This document shows positions 46,256-57,274 of a DNA stretch of 64,000 bases, piece after piece. Made by a program: the position numbers and the translations under genes. How positions within the stretch are numbered: the stretch's first letter is position 1; every line of letters begins with the position of its first letter. The notes under the pieces were generated by a model. The model made no database searches. It worked only from the letters and a program-made list of their open reading frames with translations, and was not told where the DNA came from. The DNA is from an uncultured Lentisphaerales bacterium. GTDB taxonomy: Bacteria > Verrucomicrobiota > Kiritimatiellia > RFP12 > JAAYLN01. The stretch lies in assembly GCA_964599645.1 (NCBI GenBank), contig CAZRGQ010000002.1, forward strand, positions 22,275 through 86,274, written 5' to 3'.

Positions 46256-46834
46256 TCAGCCGGGAATCCTGGCCGCTTGAGAAGCATCATCAACGACCTT
46301 CTCAACCTGCCAATACTCCAGCTCGACCGGAACCTCTTTGCCGAAGATCACTACGTTGACCTTCAGCCGGCCCCGGTCAGGATCGACTTCAGTAATGGAT
46401 CCCTGCGAGCCCTTGAAGGCCCCCTCGAGGATCGCAACCAGCTCGCCGGGATCGAAGGTGATCTTGGGACGTACCTTGTCCTTCTTCGCCTCCATCTCGT
46501 CGAAAATTGCCTCAACTTCCGCCTCTGCCAACGGCACAGGCTTTTCGCCGCCGAGAAAACCGATCACCCCCGGCGTCTCTTTGATAAAGCGCCAGGTCGA
46601 AGGCATCACCTGCTTCGCATCATCATAGAGCGTCATGTTGATCAGCACATATCCCGGAAAGAACTTGCGCGTCACCGTCGCCTTGCTCTTGGGGTCGATC
46701 ACCTTCTCGGTTGGAATCTTGATATCCCCAATGTAGGCCTCGACCTCTTGCAGGCGTGCCTGCGCTTCAATAAAGCGCTTCACCTTCTGCTCTTGGCCGG
46801 TGAAGGTATGTAATACAAACCACTGTTTAACCAT
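46256..46834 (-). CDS. nusG: Transcription termination/antitermination factor NusG
   Basis: The product reads MVKQWFVLHTFTGQEQKVK… (NGN domain), with a C-terminal KOW (…GELVAILEGAFKGSQGSITEVD…). Confidence 0.9.
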   Translation of the reverse strand: MVKQWFVLHTFTGQEQKVKRFIEAQARLQEVEAYIGDIKIPTEKVIDPKSKATVTRKFFPGYVLINMTLYDDAKQVMPSTWRFIKETPGVIGFLGGEKPVPLAEAEVEAIFDEMEAKKDKVRPKITFDPGELVAILEGAFKGSQGSITEVDPDRGRLKVNVVIFGKEVPVELEYWQVEKVVDDASQAARIPG

Positions 46835-46896
46835 TGGGCGTCTCCTCAACTGCTGCATCTGCCGCTGGCTGCCGGCAGCCTGCCGCTACGCTCTCT

Positions 46897-47106
46897 CTAT
46901 GCGTGAATCACATGCAGCAGGAATTGAATCACCTTGTCGCAGATCAGAACCGAAAACGCCAGCAGGACGATAAAAACCGCCACTACTATCGTCGACTGTA
47001 TCAACTCGCTGCGATCGGGCCAAGTGGTACGGCGGAATTCAGCACCCACTTCACCGGTGAATTTGCGCACCTGCTTGCCAATCTGTTGCACCTTTTCGTT
47101 CATCAC
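46897..47106 (-). CDS. secE: Preprotein translocase subunit SecE
   Basis: The 69-aa product has a single TM segment. It sits immediately upstream of nusG in the conserved order. Confidence 0.8.
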   Translation of the reverse strand: MMNEKVQQIGKQVRKFTGEVGAEFRRTTWPDRSELIQSTIVVAVFIVLLAFSVLICDKVIQFLLHVIHA

Positions 47107-47177
47107 GCTTAGCTCCGCGACCGCTCATGTCGCCCTGTTGCCACTCTTAACCGCCACAGTCAGTTGCGGCAGAAGTT

Positions 47178-47254
47178 GGCAGGCCAGGAGGGAATCGAAC
47201 CCCCAACCCGCGGTTTTGGAGACCGCTACTCTGCCAATTGAGCTACTGGCCTGC
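47178..47254 (-). tRNA. tRNA-Trp (anticodon CCA)
   Basis: The hand fold has acceptor GCAGGCC/GGCCUGC, an anticodon loop CUCCAAA, and a TΨC arm GGUUCGAUUCC. It lies between secE and rpmG, as in many bacteria. Confidence 0.8.
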
Positions 47255-47272
47255 AGAAAAAGCCCCGCAACC

Positions 47273-47425
47273 CTACCTGGTCTCACGGTGCATAGTACGT
47301 TTGCGCTCGTTGGGACAGTATTTCACCATCTCCAACCGCGTCGTCGTCGTACGCTTGTTACGCGTGGTCGTGTAGTTGCGCCGCTTGCACTCGTTGCAAG
47401 CCAGAATTGCCAAATCTCGGGGCAT
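47273..47425 (-). CDS. rpmG: 50S ribosomal protein L33
   Basis: My own translation (not in the ORF track, as it is under 60 aa) reads [50 protein letters not shown]. Confidence 0.8.
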   Translation of the reverse strand: MPRDLAILACNECKRRNYTTTRNKRTTTTRLEMVKYCPNERKRTMHRETR

Positions 47426-47504
47426 CTTTGTGATCCTTTAATAACAGGGGAAAGCCGGGTACCATAGCACACCGGCTTCCTCCTGTCAACTATCATGGCT
47501 ATCG

Positions 47505-48713
47505 TCAGCCGATGATCTTGGAAACGGTGCCGGCACCGACGGTGCGGCCGCCTTCGCGGATGGCGAAGCGCATCTTCTCTTCAAGCGCGATCGGCTGAAT
47601 CAGCTTCACGGCCACAGAGATGTTATCGCCGGGCATGACCATCTCGACGCCCTCAGGCAGCGTGATGTCGCCGGTAACGTCGGTCGTGCGGATGTAAAAC
47701 TGCGGACGATAACCCTTGAAGAAGGGCGTGTGACGTCCACCCTCATCCTTGCTCAAGACGTAGACTTCGCCCGTGAACTCGGTGTGCGGTGTAATCGAAC
47801 CGGGCTTGGCCAGCACCTGACCACGCTCGACATCCTCTTTCTTGATACCGCGCAGCAGGCAGCCGACGTTGTCGCCGGCTTGTCCGCTTTCGAGCAGCTT
47901 GCGGAACATCTCGACGCCGGTCACGACAGTCGTCTGCGTATCGCGCAGACCAACGATCTCGACCTGGTCGTTTACCTTGATGACACCACGCTCAACACGA
48001 CCGGTCACGACCGTGCCACGTCCCTCAATCGAGAAGACGTCCTCAACCGGCATCATAAAGGCCATGTCAAGCACACGCGCCGGCTCGGGGACGTAGGTAT
48101 CGAGAGCGTTCATCAGCTCGGTGATGCACTCGGTAGCGGGATCGTTGGGATCGGTTACCTGGGTAGCCGGCAGCGCCGAACCACGCACCACGGGGAGGTC
48201 ATCGCCGGGGAAATCATACTTGGTCAGCAGCTCACGCACCTCCATCTCAACCAGATCGAGCAGCTCGGCGTCGTCGACGAGGTCAACCTTGTTGAGGAAG
48301 ACGACGATCGCAGGCACACCGACCTGACGCGCCAAGAGGATATGCTCGCGGGTCTGCGGCATCGGGCCGTCAGCGGCACTCACAACCACAATCGCGCCAT
48401 CCATCTGGGCTGCGCCGGTAATCATGTTCTTGACGAAGTCGGCATGTCCGGGGCAGTCGACGTGCGCATAGTGGCGATTCTCGGTTGCATACTCGACGTG
48501 CGACGTAGCAATCGTCAGAATCTTGGTCGCATCACGACGGCCGGCCGACTCTGAAGCCTTGGCCACCTGATCGTACGAAATAAAATCACAATAACCCTTC
48601 AGCGACTGAACGCGGGTAATTGCGGCGGTAAGTGTCGTCTTACCATGGTCTACGTGACCGATCGTACCGACGTTCAAGTGCGGCTTCGAGCGGACAAATG
48701 TTTCTTTTGCCAT
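47505..48713 (-). CDS. tuf: Elongation factor Tu
   Basis: The product reads [32 protein letters not shown]…, then DCPGHADF and NKVD. Confidence 0.95.
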   Translation of the reverse strand: MAKETFVRSKPHLNVGTIGHVDHGKTTLTAAITRVQSLKGYCDFISYDQVAKASESAGRRDATKILTIATSHVEYATENRHYAHVDCPGHADFVKNMITGAAQMDGAIVVVSAADGPMPQTREHILLARQVGVPAIVVFLNKVDLVDDAELLDLVEMEVRELLTKYDFPGDDLPVVRGSALPATQVTDPNDPATECITELMNALDTYVPEPARVLDMAFMMPVEDVFSIEGRGTVVTGRVERGVIKVNDQVEIVGLRDTQTTVVTGVEMFRKLLESGQAGDNVGCLLRGIKKEDVERGQVLAKPGSITPHTEFTGEVYVLSKDEGGRHTPFFKGYRPQFYIRTTDVTGDITLPEGVEMVMPGDNISVAVKLIQPIALEEKMRFAIREGGRTVGAGTVSKIIG

Positions 48714-48740
48714 TGCTTTGTTCTCCTGCGGTGCTCTTGC

Positions 48741-48816
<76 letters not shown>

Positions 48817-48960
48817 CTACATGGGCTCTCTGTTTCCCGTTGTCCCCACTCAGCCGTAAACAGAGAACTACCCTAGCCGGCACGCACCCGCGTTCCGCAG
48901 TAGCTCACGTCTATTGCCTGAATTGTGGTTACTTAGCCTTCGGGCTAAATAGAAACGTGC

Positions 48961-48989
48961 ATAATACCCTTTTTTCAGGCGGACGTCAA
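48961..48989 (-). promoter_or_regulatory. Sigma-70-type promoter (TTGACG-N17-TATTAT) for the tRNA-Thr/tuf transcription unit
   Basis: The minus strand reads TTGACGtccgcctgaaaaaagggTATTAT, about 150 nt upstream of the tRNA-Thr 5' end. It is a consensus-like -35 / 17-nt spacer / -10. Confidence 0.5.
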
Positions 48990-49127
48990 CCCCCATAAAA
49001 AAAGTTTTGGGGCTTGCGCCGCAGCACAACTTCTGCTAAAGTATACGTCGTTGCAGCACCACGGCTTCCGCTGTCGCTGCATGTTGAGGCTGGTGTCGCC
49101 TGCGGGCAGCACCAGAGAGGCGGCGAC

Positions 49128-49218
49128 CCTTGGCAAGGGCTCGTCCTCCAGTACCCCACCCTCCACCACACTTGCCGTCCCCCCCGACGGCAAGCCTCTG
49201 GAGGACGGGCCCTTGCCG
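49128..49218. repeat. Nested inverted repeats (outer arms of about 22 bp CCTTGGCAAGGGCTCGTCCTCCAG / CTGGAGGACGGGCCCTTGCCGG; inner CTTGCCGTC / GACGGCAAG)
   Basis: Seen directly. They lie in the 490-nt noncoding stretch between the feoB 3' end and the tuf-operon promoter. Confidence 0.3.
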
Positions 49219-49303
49219 GGCCGCCTGCCCATTCCTCGGATCGCGAGGCTCCGCACTCGCAGCTCCACTACGGCTGTTACCGCCGCCACCCATCACCCCG
49301 GCT

Positions 49304-51595
49304 CTATACCAGCGGTACGCGGCGCGAACGCCCCATGTAGTAGAAGCTGGCGCTCATGGCAGCCAGAAGTGCCAGCGGCACGCCGAGCCAGAGCAACTGA
49401 TGCCCCACCATCACCTGATAGTAGAGGGTGGCAACACACCAGCCTAAAACCGTCAGATAGATCATCAGCACGGCGGTATAGAAGCGCCCCAACTCGCGGT
49501 AGGCCGCCCCGACGGCGGCAAAGCACGGCATATAGAGCAGGATAAAGAGGAGATAGGCAAAGGCCTGGTGCCGCCCCTTGGTAAAGGAGCGCCGCATCGA
49601 GGCAAAAATCGTCTCGTCGGCCTCGAACCGCTCGCTGATCTCACTCTCATCCCCCCGGGCATCGCGTAAATGGAGCGGATCGGTTAATGAGGTGACGATG
49701 TCGGCCAGACCGGGGGGAATGGTACGGAAGGCGTCTCCCACCCGCTCCAGAAAGTTAAACCCCTCCTCTTCATCGACCTCGGATTCGAGTCCCTGATTCT
49801 GGCCGTAGAGGCTGTTGAGGGTGCCGATGACCGCCTCTTTGGCAAAGAGTCCTGAAAAGATTGCCACCGTCGCCGGCCAGTTCTCCTCCTCCACTCCCAT
49901 CGGAGTGAAGATCGGCGTCAGCGTGCTGCCGGCCGTGGCCAGCAGTGATTCGCGGCTGTCATGATTGCCGATCAAGCCGTCACGCCCGATCGAATTGAGC
50001 AGGCCGAGCACCAGCACCATCGGCACAATCACCTGACCGGCACGAAAGATGAAGTAACGCAACCGGTCCCAGGCATTCAGCATGATATATTTGAAGCGCG
50101 GCACGTGGTAGGGCGGCAGCTCCATGATAAAGTGGGAGGGCTCGCCGGTAAAGAGCGTCTTCTTCAGCAGCAATCCGGTCAGGATGCCGAGGACGATACC
50201 GGTTATATACATATAGAAGATGAGTCGCCCCGGATTGTTGGCAAAGAAGGCGGCGCCGAAGACGACGTAGATCGGCAACTTGGCGCCGCACGACATAAAA
50301 GGCGTCATAAAGATCGTCAGGAAGCGATCACGCCTGTTCTCCAGCGTACGGGTGGCCAGAATGGCCGGCACACTGCAGCCGAACCCCACCAGCAGGGGCA
50401 CAAACGACTTCCCCGGCAGCCCCAGCCAGCTCATGGCGCGATCCATCACGAAGGCGGCCCGCGCCATATAGCCCGAATCCTCCAGAATCGCCAGACAGAG
50501 AAACATGAAGAAGATCGGCGGTAGAAAGGCCGCCATCGTCTGCAAGCCGGTACCGAGTCCATCGGCCAGCAGGGCGATCAGGGGAGCCGGCGCGTTGATC
50601 TTCTCCAGCAGGAAACGGGGCGTCTCGACAAAGAGCGTGCCCCCCAGGTCTTCAAAGAAGTCGATGAAGGCACCGCCGACTATCTGCGTCACCCAGAAGA
50701 TGACAAACATGACGGCGAAGAAGAAGGGGATGCCGAGCCAGCGGTTGAGAATCCAGCGGTCGATGGAGGATGCCCGGGAGTTGCCCTCGGCATGGCGGTG
50801 AACCACCTCGGCGCAGAGACCCTGAATTACGCCGTAGCGGGCGTTGGCGAAGACCTCGTCGGTATAGGCCCCGGTGGCGGCCTGGATGCGGCGGTCGGCC
50901 TCGGCCAGTTCATCTTCGCTCACCTGCTCGCGGAAGCGGGCGGTAACGTCGGGATCGGCCTCCAGCAACTGGATCGCCACCCAGCGTGCCGGCACATGCA
51001 GCTTGTCGGCCACGGCCTGACACTTGGCCAGCAGATGTGCAATCTCACTCTCGACGGCGGGGGGATAGTCGATCCGGATCACCGGCAGCGCCGGGTGGTC
51101 GACCACCTGCTGCAACTCGGCGAGCAGCTTGCGTGTGCCGACGCGGCCACGCGTATCGGCCGTGATCACCGGTGCCCCCAGATGCTGCGCCAGGTGCTTG
51201 ACGTCGATAATGGTCTGATTCTCCTGCACCACGTCCATCATCGTCAGGAGATGAATCACCGGCACACGCAGCTCAGTCAGCAGCAGCGTCAGATAGAGGT
51301 TGCGCTCGATGTTGGCCGCATCGACCACGTTGATGAAGAGGTCGGCCTCGCGGCTGAGCGCATAGTCGACGGCGATCCGCTCATCCTCGCTCGAGGCCAT
51401 CAGGGAGTAGACGCCCGGCAGGTCTACCACGGTCAGCGTCTTGCCATCCGGCAGGCGGCAGACTCCCTCTTTGCGCTCTACAGTAACTCCCGGCCAGTTG
51501 CCGATCGTCTGTCGCGAGCCGGTGAGTGCATTAAATACCGTCGTCTTGCCCGAGTTCGGGTTTCCGATCAGGGCAACGGTAAAGGGCTTTTCCAT
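49304..51595 (-). CDS. feoB: Ferrous iron transporter B
   Basis: The product has an N-terminal GTPase (MEKPFTVALIGNPNSGKTTVFNALTG…DLPGVYSL) and a large polytopic membrane domain. Confidence 0.9.
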   Translation of the reverse strand: MEKPFTVALIGNPNSGKTTVFNALTGSRQTIGNWPGVTVERKEGVCRLPDGKTLTVVDLPGVYSLMASSEDERIAVDYALSREADLFINVVDAANIERNLYLTLLLTELRVPVIHLLTMMDVVQENQTIIDVKHLAQHLGAPVITADTRGRVGTRKLLAELQQVVDHPALPVIRIDYPPAVESEIAHLLAKCQAVADKLHVPARWVAIQLLEADPDVTARFREQVSEDELAEADRRIQAATGAYTDEVFANARYGVIQGLCAEVVHRHAEGNSRASSIDRWILNRWLGIPFFFAVMFVIFWVTQIVGGAFIDFFEDLGGTLFVETPRFLLEKINAPAPLIALLADGLGTGLQTMAAFLPPIFFMFLCLAILEDSGYMARAAFVMDRAMSWLGLPGKSFVPLLVGFGCSVPAILATRTLENRRDRFLTIFMTPFMSCGAKLPIYVVFGAAFFANNPGRLIFYMYITGIVLGILTGLLLKKTLFTGEPSHFIMELPPYHVPRFKYIMLNAWDRLRYFIFRAGQVIVPMVLVLGLLNSIGRDGLIGNHDSRESLLATAGSTLTPIFTPMGVEEENWPATVAIFSGLFAKEAVIGTLNSLYGQNQGLESEVDEEEGFNFLERVGDAFRTIPPGLADIVTSLTDPLHLRDARGDESEISERFEADETIFASMRRSFTKGRHQAFAYLLFILLYMPCFAAVGAAYRELGRFYTAVLMIYLTVLGWCVATLYYQVMVGHQLLWLGVPLALLAAMSASFYYMGRSRRVPLV

Positions 51596-51603
51596 ACCAC
51601 CTG

Positions 51604-51831
51604 CTATACGATTTCGATTTGGAGACACTCAGCCTCGGCCTTGCGCAGCGAGACGTTGAAACCACGCAGTTCGATCTGTACCGGATCGCCGAGAGGGGCC
51701 TGGTTGACCATACGGATCGGGGTGCCACGTGTCAGGCCCAAGGCCAGCAGTTTGCAACGGTAACCACGATCACCACAACCGTAACCAGTGATTCTGGCGC
51801 ACATGCCAGGTGTCAAGTTTCTGAGTGTCAT
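51604..51831 (-). CDS. feoA: Ferrous iron transport protein A
   Basis: This is a small SH3-like protein of about 75 aa (MTLRNLTPGMCARITGY…) immediately upstream of feoB. Confidence 0.8.
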   Translation of the reverse strand: MTLRNLTPGMCARITGYGCGDRGYRCKLLALGLTRGTPIRMVNQAPLGDPVQIELRGFNVSLRKAEAECLQIEIV

Positions 51832-51920
51832 CGTCAATTCCTGCACAATGCCTGATTGCGTCGAATGGCGAGCAGAATATTAGACACGGCTAACTTTGTC
51901 AAGCGCAAATGAGAAACCTT

Positions 51921-52718
51921 TTACAGCACGAAGTGGACAAACCGCATAATCTCGACAAAGTCGTCTGCTGCGTAGCGCAATCTTCGCTCATCGATCAGCT
52001 CCGCACCGGGGTAGAAGCTCTTGTCGTAGGCCATCTGATGGTCGCGATAGTCGATAACCATCTCGAACGACTCCGGCAGGGCAATCGTAGTATGGCGGAA
52101 GTCGCTCCGCAGGGCTTGCTCGGCGGCCGCCCTGATCCCGGCGATCGCCCGCTCCGGATGGAGCGAAATGGTGGCACCGCCCCGGCAACTCTTGGTCGCC
52201 ACAGTAGTAATTCCCGGCACCCATGCCGCTGCCATGCGACAGAGCGCCTCATCACCGCTCAGCAGCACCTGCGGCAGGCCGATAGTGGCGGCGGCATAGG
52301 CGTAGTAGAGAAACTCGCTCATCAGCTCACCATTGAGCCGGATGGCGGTCGTCAGGCGGTTGAAGGTGTGACTCAGTGGATTGGCGCTGCTGCCCGCCGC
52401 ACTGTGATAGCCGACAAACAGCAAGGCATCAAACTGCTCAAGCTGTGCCCCCGTGATCATCGGGAAGAGGTCGCCGCTACTGCCGCGCAACAGACGCGCC
52501 TCCTGCGGCAGTTGGCTATGGATCAGATTGCGCGTCGAGCCATGCGCATCCCGCACCAGCAGCTCGCCGGCGCCGGCGGCCAGAGCGCCGTGACAGGCTG
52601 CCGCCGCCTCCCGCGTCATCTGCTCCCGTGCCATCTGATAGTCGGCACCGGTGACGGCGCACTCATCCCAATGAGTGACGCCGGCGCACCCTTCGATATC
52701 GCAACTGATGTAAACCTT
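51921..52718 (-). CDS. M55-family D-aminopeptidase (DppA-like)
   Basis: The product reads MKVYISCDIEGCAGVTHWDE… with an overall DppA pattern. Confidence 0.7.
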   Translation of the reverse strand, partial: KVYISCDIEGCAGVTHWDECAVTGADYQMAREQMTREAAAACHGALAAGAGELLVRDAHGSTRNLIHSQLPQEARLLRGSSGDLFPMITGAQLEQFDALLFVGYHSAAGSSANPLSHTFNRLTTAIRLNGELMSEFLYYAYAAATIGLPQVLLSGDEALCRMAAAWVPGITTVATKSCRGGATISLHPERAIAGIRAAAEQALRSDFRHTTIALPESFEMVIDYRDHQMAYDKSFYPGAELIDERRLRYAADDFVEIMRFVHFVL

Positions 52719-52937
52719 CATGGCAACTCTCCTCAAAACCGACTCGGCGTACCGCCATTTCCAATCAATCCGGCAACGCTCTATTGTATGTTAAGCTCGT
52801 GATATCTGGCAAGGATCAAACTCGAAGAGCGTAAGAAGGGGGTGAAGAGGACAACGACCGGAGGATTACACGGGACTTTCACTTGCCCCATCCGCCTCTC
52901 TATGCCATACTCAAACCATTGAGAAAGGTCTTGTACT

Positions 52938-53288
52938 ATGAAGAAGAAGTTTGCCCTTTTCGTCTTTAACGGCGATCCGATGTGCTTTATCCACGTGCTG
53001 CTGAATGCGCTCGACATGCATGCGCAGGGACATGAAGCCCAAATCATCATGGAGGGTGCCTCCGTCAAGCTGATACCGGAGATCGATCAGCCCGGTCATC
53101 GCCTGCTGACACTCTGGAAACGGGCGCTGGAGGCGGGTTTGGTGGCGGGCGTCTGTAAAGCCTGCGCCGCCACTCTCGGCACTCTGGCGGCGGCCGAGGA
53201 GCGTGGCATGACGCTGCTGGCCGATGTTTCGGGACATCCCGGCATGCTCGCCTATCGCGAACAGGGCTACGAAATTATCACCTTCTAA
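52938..53288 (+). CDS. DsrE/DsrF-like family protein
   Basis: The 116-aa product reads [46 protein letters not shown]… and has a Cys-containing C-terminal region. Confidence 0.5.
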   Translation: MKKKFALFVFNGDPMCFIHVLLNALDMHAQGHEAQIIMEGASVKLIPEIDQPGHRLLTLWKRALEAGLVAGVCKACAATLGTLAAAEERGMTLLADVSGHPGMLAYREQGYEIITF

Positions 53289-54034
53289 GGCGTTTGCCAC
53301 CAGGCCAGCGCCCGTTGGATCGCCTGATCCCAGTAGCCCCAGTTGTGGTTGCCCGGCCCCTCCTCATAGGTGTGGCAGAGTCCCAACTGGCGAGCCAGGT
53401 CGCGAAAAGCGTGGTTATCCTGCAGCAGAAAATCTTCGCTGCCACAACACTGGTAGAGTCGCGGCTGCGGCCGCGACTTGTCGGCGGCCAGGCTGCGCGC
53501 CAGATGGAAGATGTCGTTCTCTGTCCCTGCCGGGTCGCCGCCGAAAATCAGCTCCATCTCGCCGATGTGGTCGGTCGCGTTGCGCCAGCGCCGCGCCACA
53601 TCAATGGCGCCGGAGAAGCTGGCGGCAGCGCCATACTGCTCAGGGTACTTGAGCGCCAGCTTGAAGGCACCGTAGCCCCCCATTGAGAGCCCGGCGATAA
53701 AGTTGTCTTCGCGTCGCGCCGAGAGATGGAAGAGCTGTCGTACCACCGTCGGCAGCTCTACGGCGATAAAGCTCTCATAGGCCGGGCCGCTGGCCATATC
53801 GGTGTAGAAGCTGCGTTGGGCATCGGGCATCACGACGGCCAACCCCAGGCCTTCGACGTAACGCTCAATGCTGGTACGGCGTTGCCAGATAGTCTGGTCG
53901 TCGGAGAGACCATGCAGCAGCCAGAGCACTGGCCAATCCTGCACGGCTCCCCCGGCGCGTTGCGGCAGAATCACCTCCAGAGCGCAGGGACGCCCCAGGG
54001 TCTCGGAGAAGATATGAGTGTGAAGTAGTGCCAT
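53285..54034 (-). CDS. Esterase-family protein (putative esterase / S-formylglutathione-hydrolase-like)
   Basis: The product has …[15 protein letters not shown]… and the nucleophile elbow GLSMGGYGA. The start is placed at MALLHTHIF…. Confidence 0.65.
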   Translation of the reverse strand: MALLHTHIFSETLGRPCALEVILPQRAGGAVQDWPVLWLLHGLSDDQTIWQRRTSIERYVEGLGLAVVMPDAQRSFYTDMASGPAYESFIAVELPTVVRQLFHLSARREDNFIAGLSMGGYGAFKLALKYPEQYGAAASFSGAIDVARRWRNATDHIGEMELIFGGDPAGTENDIFHLARSLAADKSRPQPRLYQCCGSEDFLLQDNHAFRDLARQLGLCHTYEEGPGNHNWGYWDQAIQRALAWWQTP

Positions 54035-54050
54035 CTGCCAAACTGCTCCT

Positions 54051-55016
54051 CTAGTGGCGGAAGCCACGCACGCGCCCCTCAGCCAGTTCGCGCCGGTAAT
54101 CTTCAACCGTGCGGGCGATGCCTGCGGCCAGTGGAATCTGCGCCTGCCAGCCCAGCGAGTGAATCAAGGCGCAGTCGAGCAGCTTGCGCGGCATGCCGTC
54201 GGGCTTGGTGGCGTCCCACTTGATCTCGCACCTGGCGCCGACGGCGTCGCGCACCATCTCGGCAAGCTGCCGGATCGACACCTCAATGCCGGAGCCGATA
54301 TTGACCCAGTCGGGCGGGTTCTCAAGCTGCATCAGAAAGAGAACCGCATCGGCCAGATCGTCGACATGCAGGAACTCGCGCAAGGCCACCCCCGTCCCCC
54401 AGAGGGTCACCTCGGCGGCATTGTCAAGCCGAGCCTGCTCAAAGCGGCGCAGCAGCGCCGGCAGCACATGTGAGCCGTTGGGGTCGTAGTTGTCACCGGG
54501 GCCGTAGAGATTGGTCGGCATGCCGGAGTAGTAGCGAACCTTGTGCTGCTGCCGGTACATCTGGCAGAGCTTCATGCCGGCAATTTTGGCGACGGCATAG
54601 CCTTCGTTGGTCGGTTCGAGCGCGCCAGTCAGCAGCGCCCCTTCAGCCATCGGCTGCGGTGCCATGCGCGGATAGATGCAGGAGCTGCCGAGGTAGATCA
54701 GGTGGGGCACGCCGCTGCGATAGGCAGCGTCGATCAGATGGGTGGCAATCACCAGGTTCTCGTAGAGAAAGTCGGCCGGCTGCGTCCGGTTGGCCTCGAT
54801 GCCGCCCACCTTGGCTGCCGCCACCACGATGCTGCTGGGGCGCATGTCGCCGACAAACTGCCGCACCGCCGCCTGATCGAGCAGATCAACCTCCGCCCGC
54901 GTGGCGGTGATGGGCGGCGGCAGCCCCTGTTCAGCCATGCGCCGCAGGATGGCCGAGCCCACCATGCCGGCATGTCCTGCTACAAAGACCCGCTCAAAGA
55001 CCGGATTGACTGCTGC
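54051..55016 (-). CDS. fcl: GDP-L-fucose synthase
   Basis: The product reads [24 protein letters not shown]…GSSCIYP…YAVAKIAG… (SDR-type Fcl). It sits downstream of gmd. Confidence 0.85.
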   Translation of the reverse strand, partial: AAVNPVFERVFVAGHAGMVGSAILRRMAEQGLPPPITATRAEVDLLDQAAVRQFVGDMRPSSIVVAAAKVGGIEANRTQPADFLYENLVIATHLIDAAYRSGVPHLIYLGSSCIYPRMAPQPMAEGALLTGALEPTNEGYAVAKIAGMKLCQMYRQQHKVRYYSGMPTNLYGPGDNYDPNGSHVLPALLRRFEQARLDNAAEVTLWGTGVALREFLHVDDLADAVLFLMQLENPPDWVNIGSGIEVSIRQLAEMVRDAVGARCEIKWDATKPDGMPRKLLDCALIHSLGWQAQIPLAAGIARTVEDYRRELAEGRVRGFRH

Positions 55017-55030
55017 CATAACTCTGCTCC

Positions 55031-56038
55031 CTACTCGCTGCGTGCCAGTGCCAGCTCCCGGCGCGCCAGCGCCAGGTCCGACTCCACCATCATCCGCACC
55101 AATTCGCGGAAACTCACCTTGCGCTCCCAACCGAGCACCTGCTTCGCCTTGGCGGGGTTGCCCAGCAGCAGGTCCACCTCGCTGGGACGCTCGTAGCGGC
55201 TGTCGTGGCGCACAAACTGCTGCCAGTCGAGATCGACCAGCCCGAAGGCCTCTTCGCAAAACTCGCGTACGCTGTGAGTCTCGCCGGTCGCCACCACATA
55301 GTCATCGGGATTCTCCTGCTGCATCATCAGCCACATAGCCTCGACGTAGTCGCCGGCAAAGCCCCAATCACGCCGCGCCTCGATGTTGCCGAGGAAGAGC
55401 TGCTCCTGTAGGCCCAGCTTGATGCGCGCTACCGCGCGGGTGATCTTGCGCGTCACGAAGGTCTCGCCGCGCCGCGGCGACTCGTGGTTGAAGAGGATGC
55501 CGTTGGAGGCGTGCATGTCGTAGGCTTCACGGTAGTTGACCGTCATCCAATAGGCGTAGAGCTTGGCCACCGCATAGGGCGAACGTGGATGGAAGGGGGT
55601 CGTCTCCGACTGCGGCGTCTCCACCACCTTGCCATAGAGCTCCGACGACGAGGCCTGATAGAAGCGCACCTTGTGGTCGATGCCCGCCTCGCGAATCGCA
55701 TCGAGAATCCTGGTGGTGCCGATGCCCGTCACGTCGCCGGTATACTCGGGAATGTCAAACGAGACCCGCACATGGCTCTGCGCCCCCAGATGGTAGACCT
55801 CGTCGGGCTTCAACTCATAGAGCAGCTTGGTGAGTCTGGTCGAGTCGGCCAGATCGCCATAGTGGAGAAAGAGCTTCACCCCCATGATATGCGGATCCTG
55901 GTAGAGGTGGTCGATCCGCTCGGTGTTGAAGCTCGACGAACGTCGAATCACACCGTGAACCTCATACCCCTTCTCAAGCAGCAGTTCAGTCAGGTAAGAG
56001 CCATCCTGGCCCGTGATACCGGTAATAAAAGCGCGTTT
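55031..56038 (-). CDS. gmd: GDP-mannose 4,6-dehydratase
   Basis: The product reads [47 protein letters not shown]… and matches Gmd closely. Confidence 0.9.
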   Translation of the reverse strand, partial: KRAFITGITGQDGSYLTELLLEKGYEVHGVIRRSSSFNTERIDHLYQDPHIMGVKLFLHYGDLADSTRLTKLLYELKPDEVYHLGAQSHVRVSFDIPEYTGDVTGIGTTRILDAIREAGIDHKVRFYQASSSELYGKVVETPQSETTPFHPRSPYAVAKLYAYWMTVNYREAYDMHASNGILFNHESPRRGETFVTRKITRAVARIKLGLQEQLFLGNIEARRDWGFAGDYVEAMWLMMQQENPDDYVVATGETHSVREFCEEAFGLVDLDWQQFVRHDSRYERPSEVDLLLGNPAKAKQVLGWERKVSFRELVRMMVESDLALARRELALARSE

Positions 56039-56074
56039 CATAGCCCCATGATAGCAATTCAACCCGATTTTGTA

Positions 56075-56115
56075 ATTGCGCATTAACGCAATAATTTAAT
56101 ATGATTTTGCGCAAA
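56075..56115. promoter_or_regulatory. Two palindromic operator-like sites in the gmd / regulator divergent region: ATTGCG-CATTAA-CGCAAT (56075-56092) and TTTGCGCAAA (56106-56115)
   Basis: Both are perfect palindromes seen directly. The second abuts the ATG of the AraC/XylR-like regulator. Confidence 0.4.
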
Positions 56116-57248
56116 TGGCCGCTATCCTCACTATCGCACTGCTGCTCGACACCGACTTCGATGAGACTCTGGCCCTCTATCGCGGCATTGAAGAGTATGC
56201 GCAACGCCAGCCGCAGTGGCGTCTCTTGCCGCTGCGTCTGAGCCAGACCAACCTGCTTGCAACCCTGCTGCAGGAGCGGCGGCTCGACGGCATCATCGGC
56301 TCTTTTATCAGCGACCGCTGGTTGCAGGGGATAATCCCTGCCACCACTCCCTGCGTCAACATCTCCGACCTCTCTGCCATCCTCTCGATCTCCGGTGTCG
56401 TTACCGACAACCAACTTGTGGGTCGCCTGGCAGCACAACATCTGCTGCAACAGGAGTTCCCCCACTTCGGCGTCGTGGCTGAGTCGGCCTCGCACGCCGC
56501 CACGCTGCGCCGCGATGGTTTTATTGCCACCCTCAAAGCAGCGGGACATCACGTCGCCGCCCCCCCACTTGCCACCGGCCACACCGCCGACGCCACCTGG
56601 CTCGCCTGGCTGGCCCAACTTCCGCTTCCCTGCGGCATCTTCTGTACCAGCGACTTCCTCGCCCGACGCCTGCTCAACCACGCTGTCACGCTCAAACTGC
56701 CCCTGCACAACTCCATCGGTGTGGTCGGTGTGGGCAATGCCCCCCTCGAAAGCCTGCTGGCGCCCATCCCCATCTCCACCATCGAGCTCGACGGCTTCCG
56801 CATCGGCAAACAGGCCGCCCAACTCCTGGCGCGCCTTCTGGTTACCCCCATCTCCTCCGCCACGCCGCCCCACTCCCTGCTGGTGCCCCCACGCCAACTT
56901 ATTCCCCGTGCCTCCTCTCTCTCTGCGCAGCAGAGCGACCCCCTGGTCGCCCGCGCCTTCAAACAGCAGAACTTTGCCCGTCCCCTTGACGGCGAGGCTC
57001 TTGCCCGCGCCTGTGGTGCCTCGCGCCGCACCCTCGAAAACCGCTTTCGTCAGCGACTCGGCTGCGGCCCCGCCACCCTTATGCGCCAACAGCGCCTGGC
57101 ACACGCCGCCCTCCTCTTGTCCAACACCACCCTCACACTCGAGGCGATTGCCCAGGCTGTCGGCTATGCCCACGCCTCAGCCTTCTCCGCCGCCTTCCGC
57201 CGTGCCTACGGCAGCGCCCCCGGTGCCTGGCGGCACAGCTTTGAATAG
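56115..57248 (+). CDS. AraC/XylR-type transcriptional regulator (periplasmic-binding-protein-like sensor domain plus C-terminal AraC HTH)
   Basis: The C-terminus (…RTLENRFRQRLGCGPATLMRQQRLAHAALLLSNTTLTLEAIAQAVGYAHASAFSAAFRRAYGSAP) has AraC signature. The N-terminal part looks like a sugar-binding fold. Confidence 0.7.
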   Translation: MAAILTIALLLDTDFDETLALYRGIEEYAQRQPQWRLLPLRLSQTNLLATLLQERRLDGIIGSFISDRWLQGIIPATTPCVNISDLSAILSISGVVTDNQLVGRLAAQHLLQQEFPHFGVVAESASHAATLRRDGFIATLKAAGHHVAAPPLATGHTADATWLAWLAQLPLPCGIFCTSDFLARRLLNHAVTLKLPLHNSIGVVGVGNAPLESLLAPIPISTIELDGFRIGKQAAQLLARLLVTPISSATPPHSLLVPPRQLIPRASSLSAQQSDPLVARAFKQQNFARPLDGEALARACGASRRTLENRFRQRLGCGPATLMRQQRLAHAALLLSNTTLTLEAIAQAVGYAHASAFSAAFRRAYGSAPGAWRHSFE

Positions 57249-57274
57249 AGCAGCAGCCTTCTGCGTAGTATGGA

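Noticed and set aside
51847-51920. Fur box upstream of feoA
   Set aside because: I looked for a GATAATGATAATCATTATC-like 19-mer. Only weak AT-rich matches (TAATATTCTGCTCGCCATTC) were found, which is not convincing.
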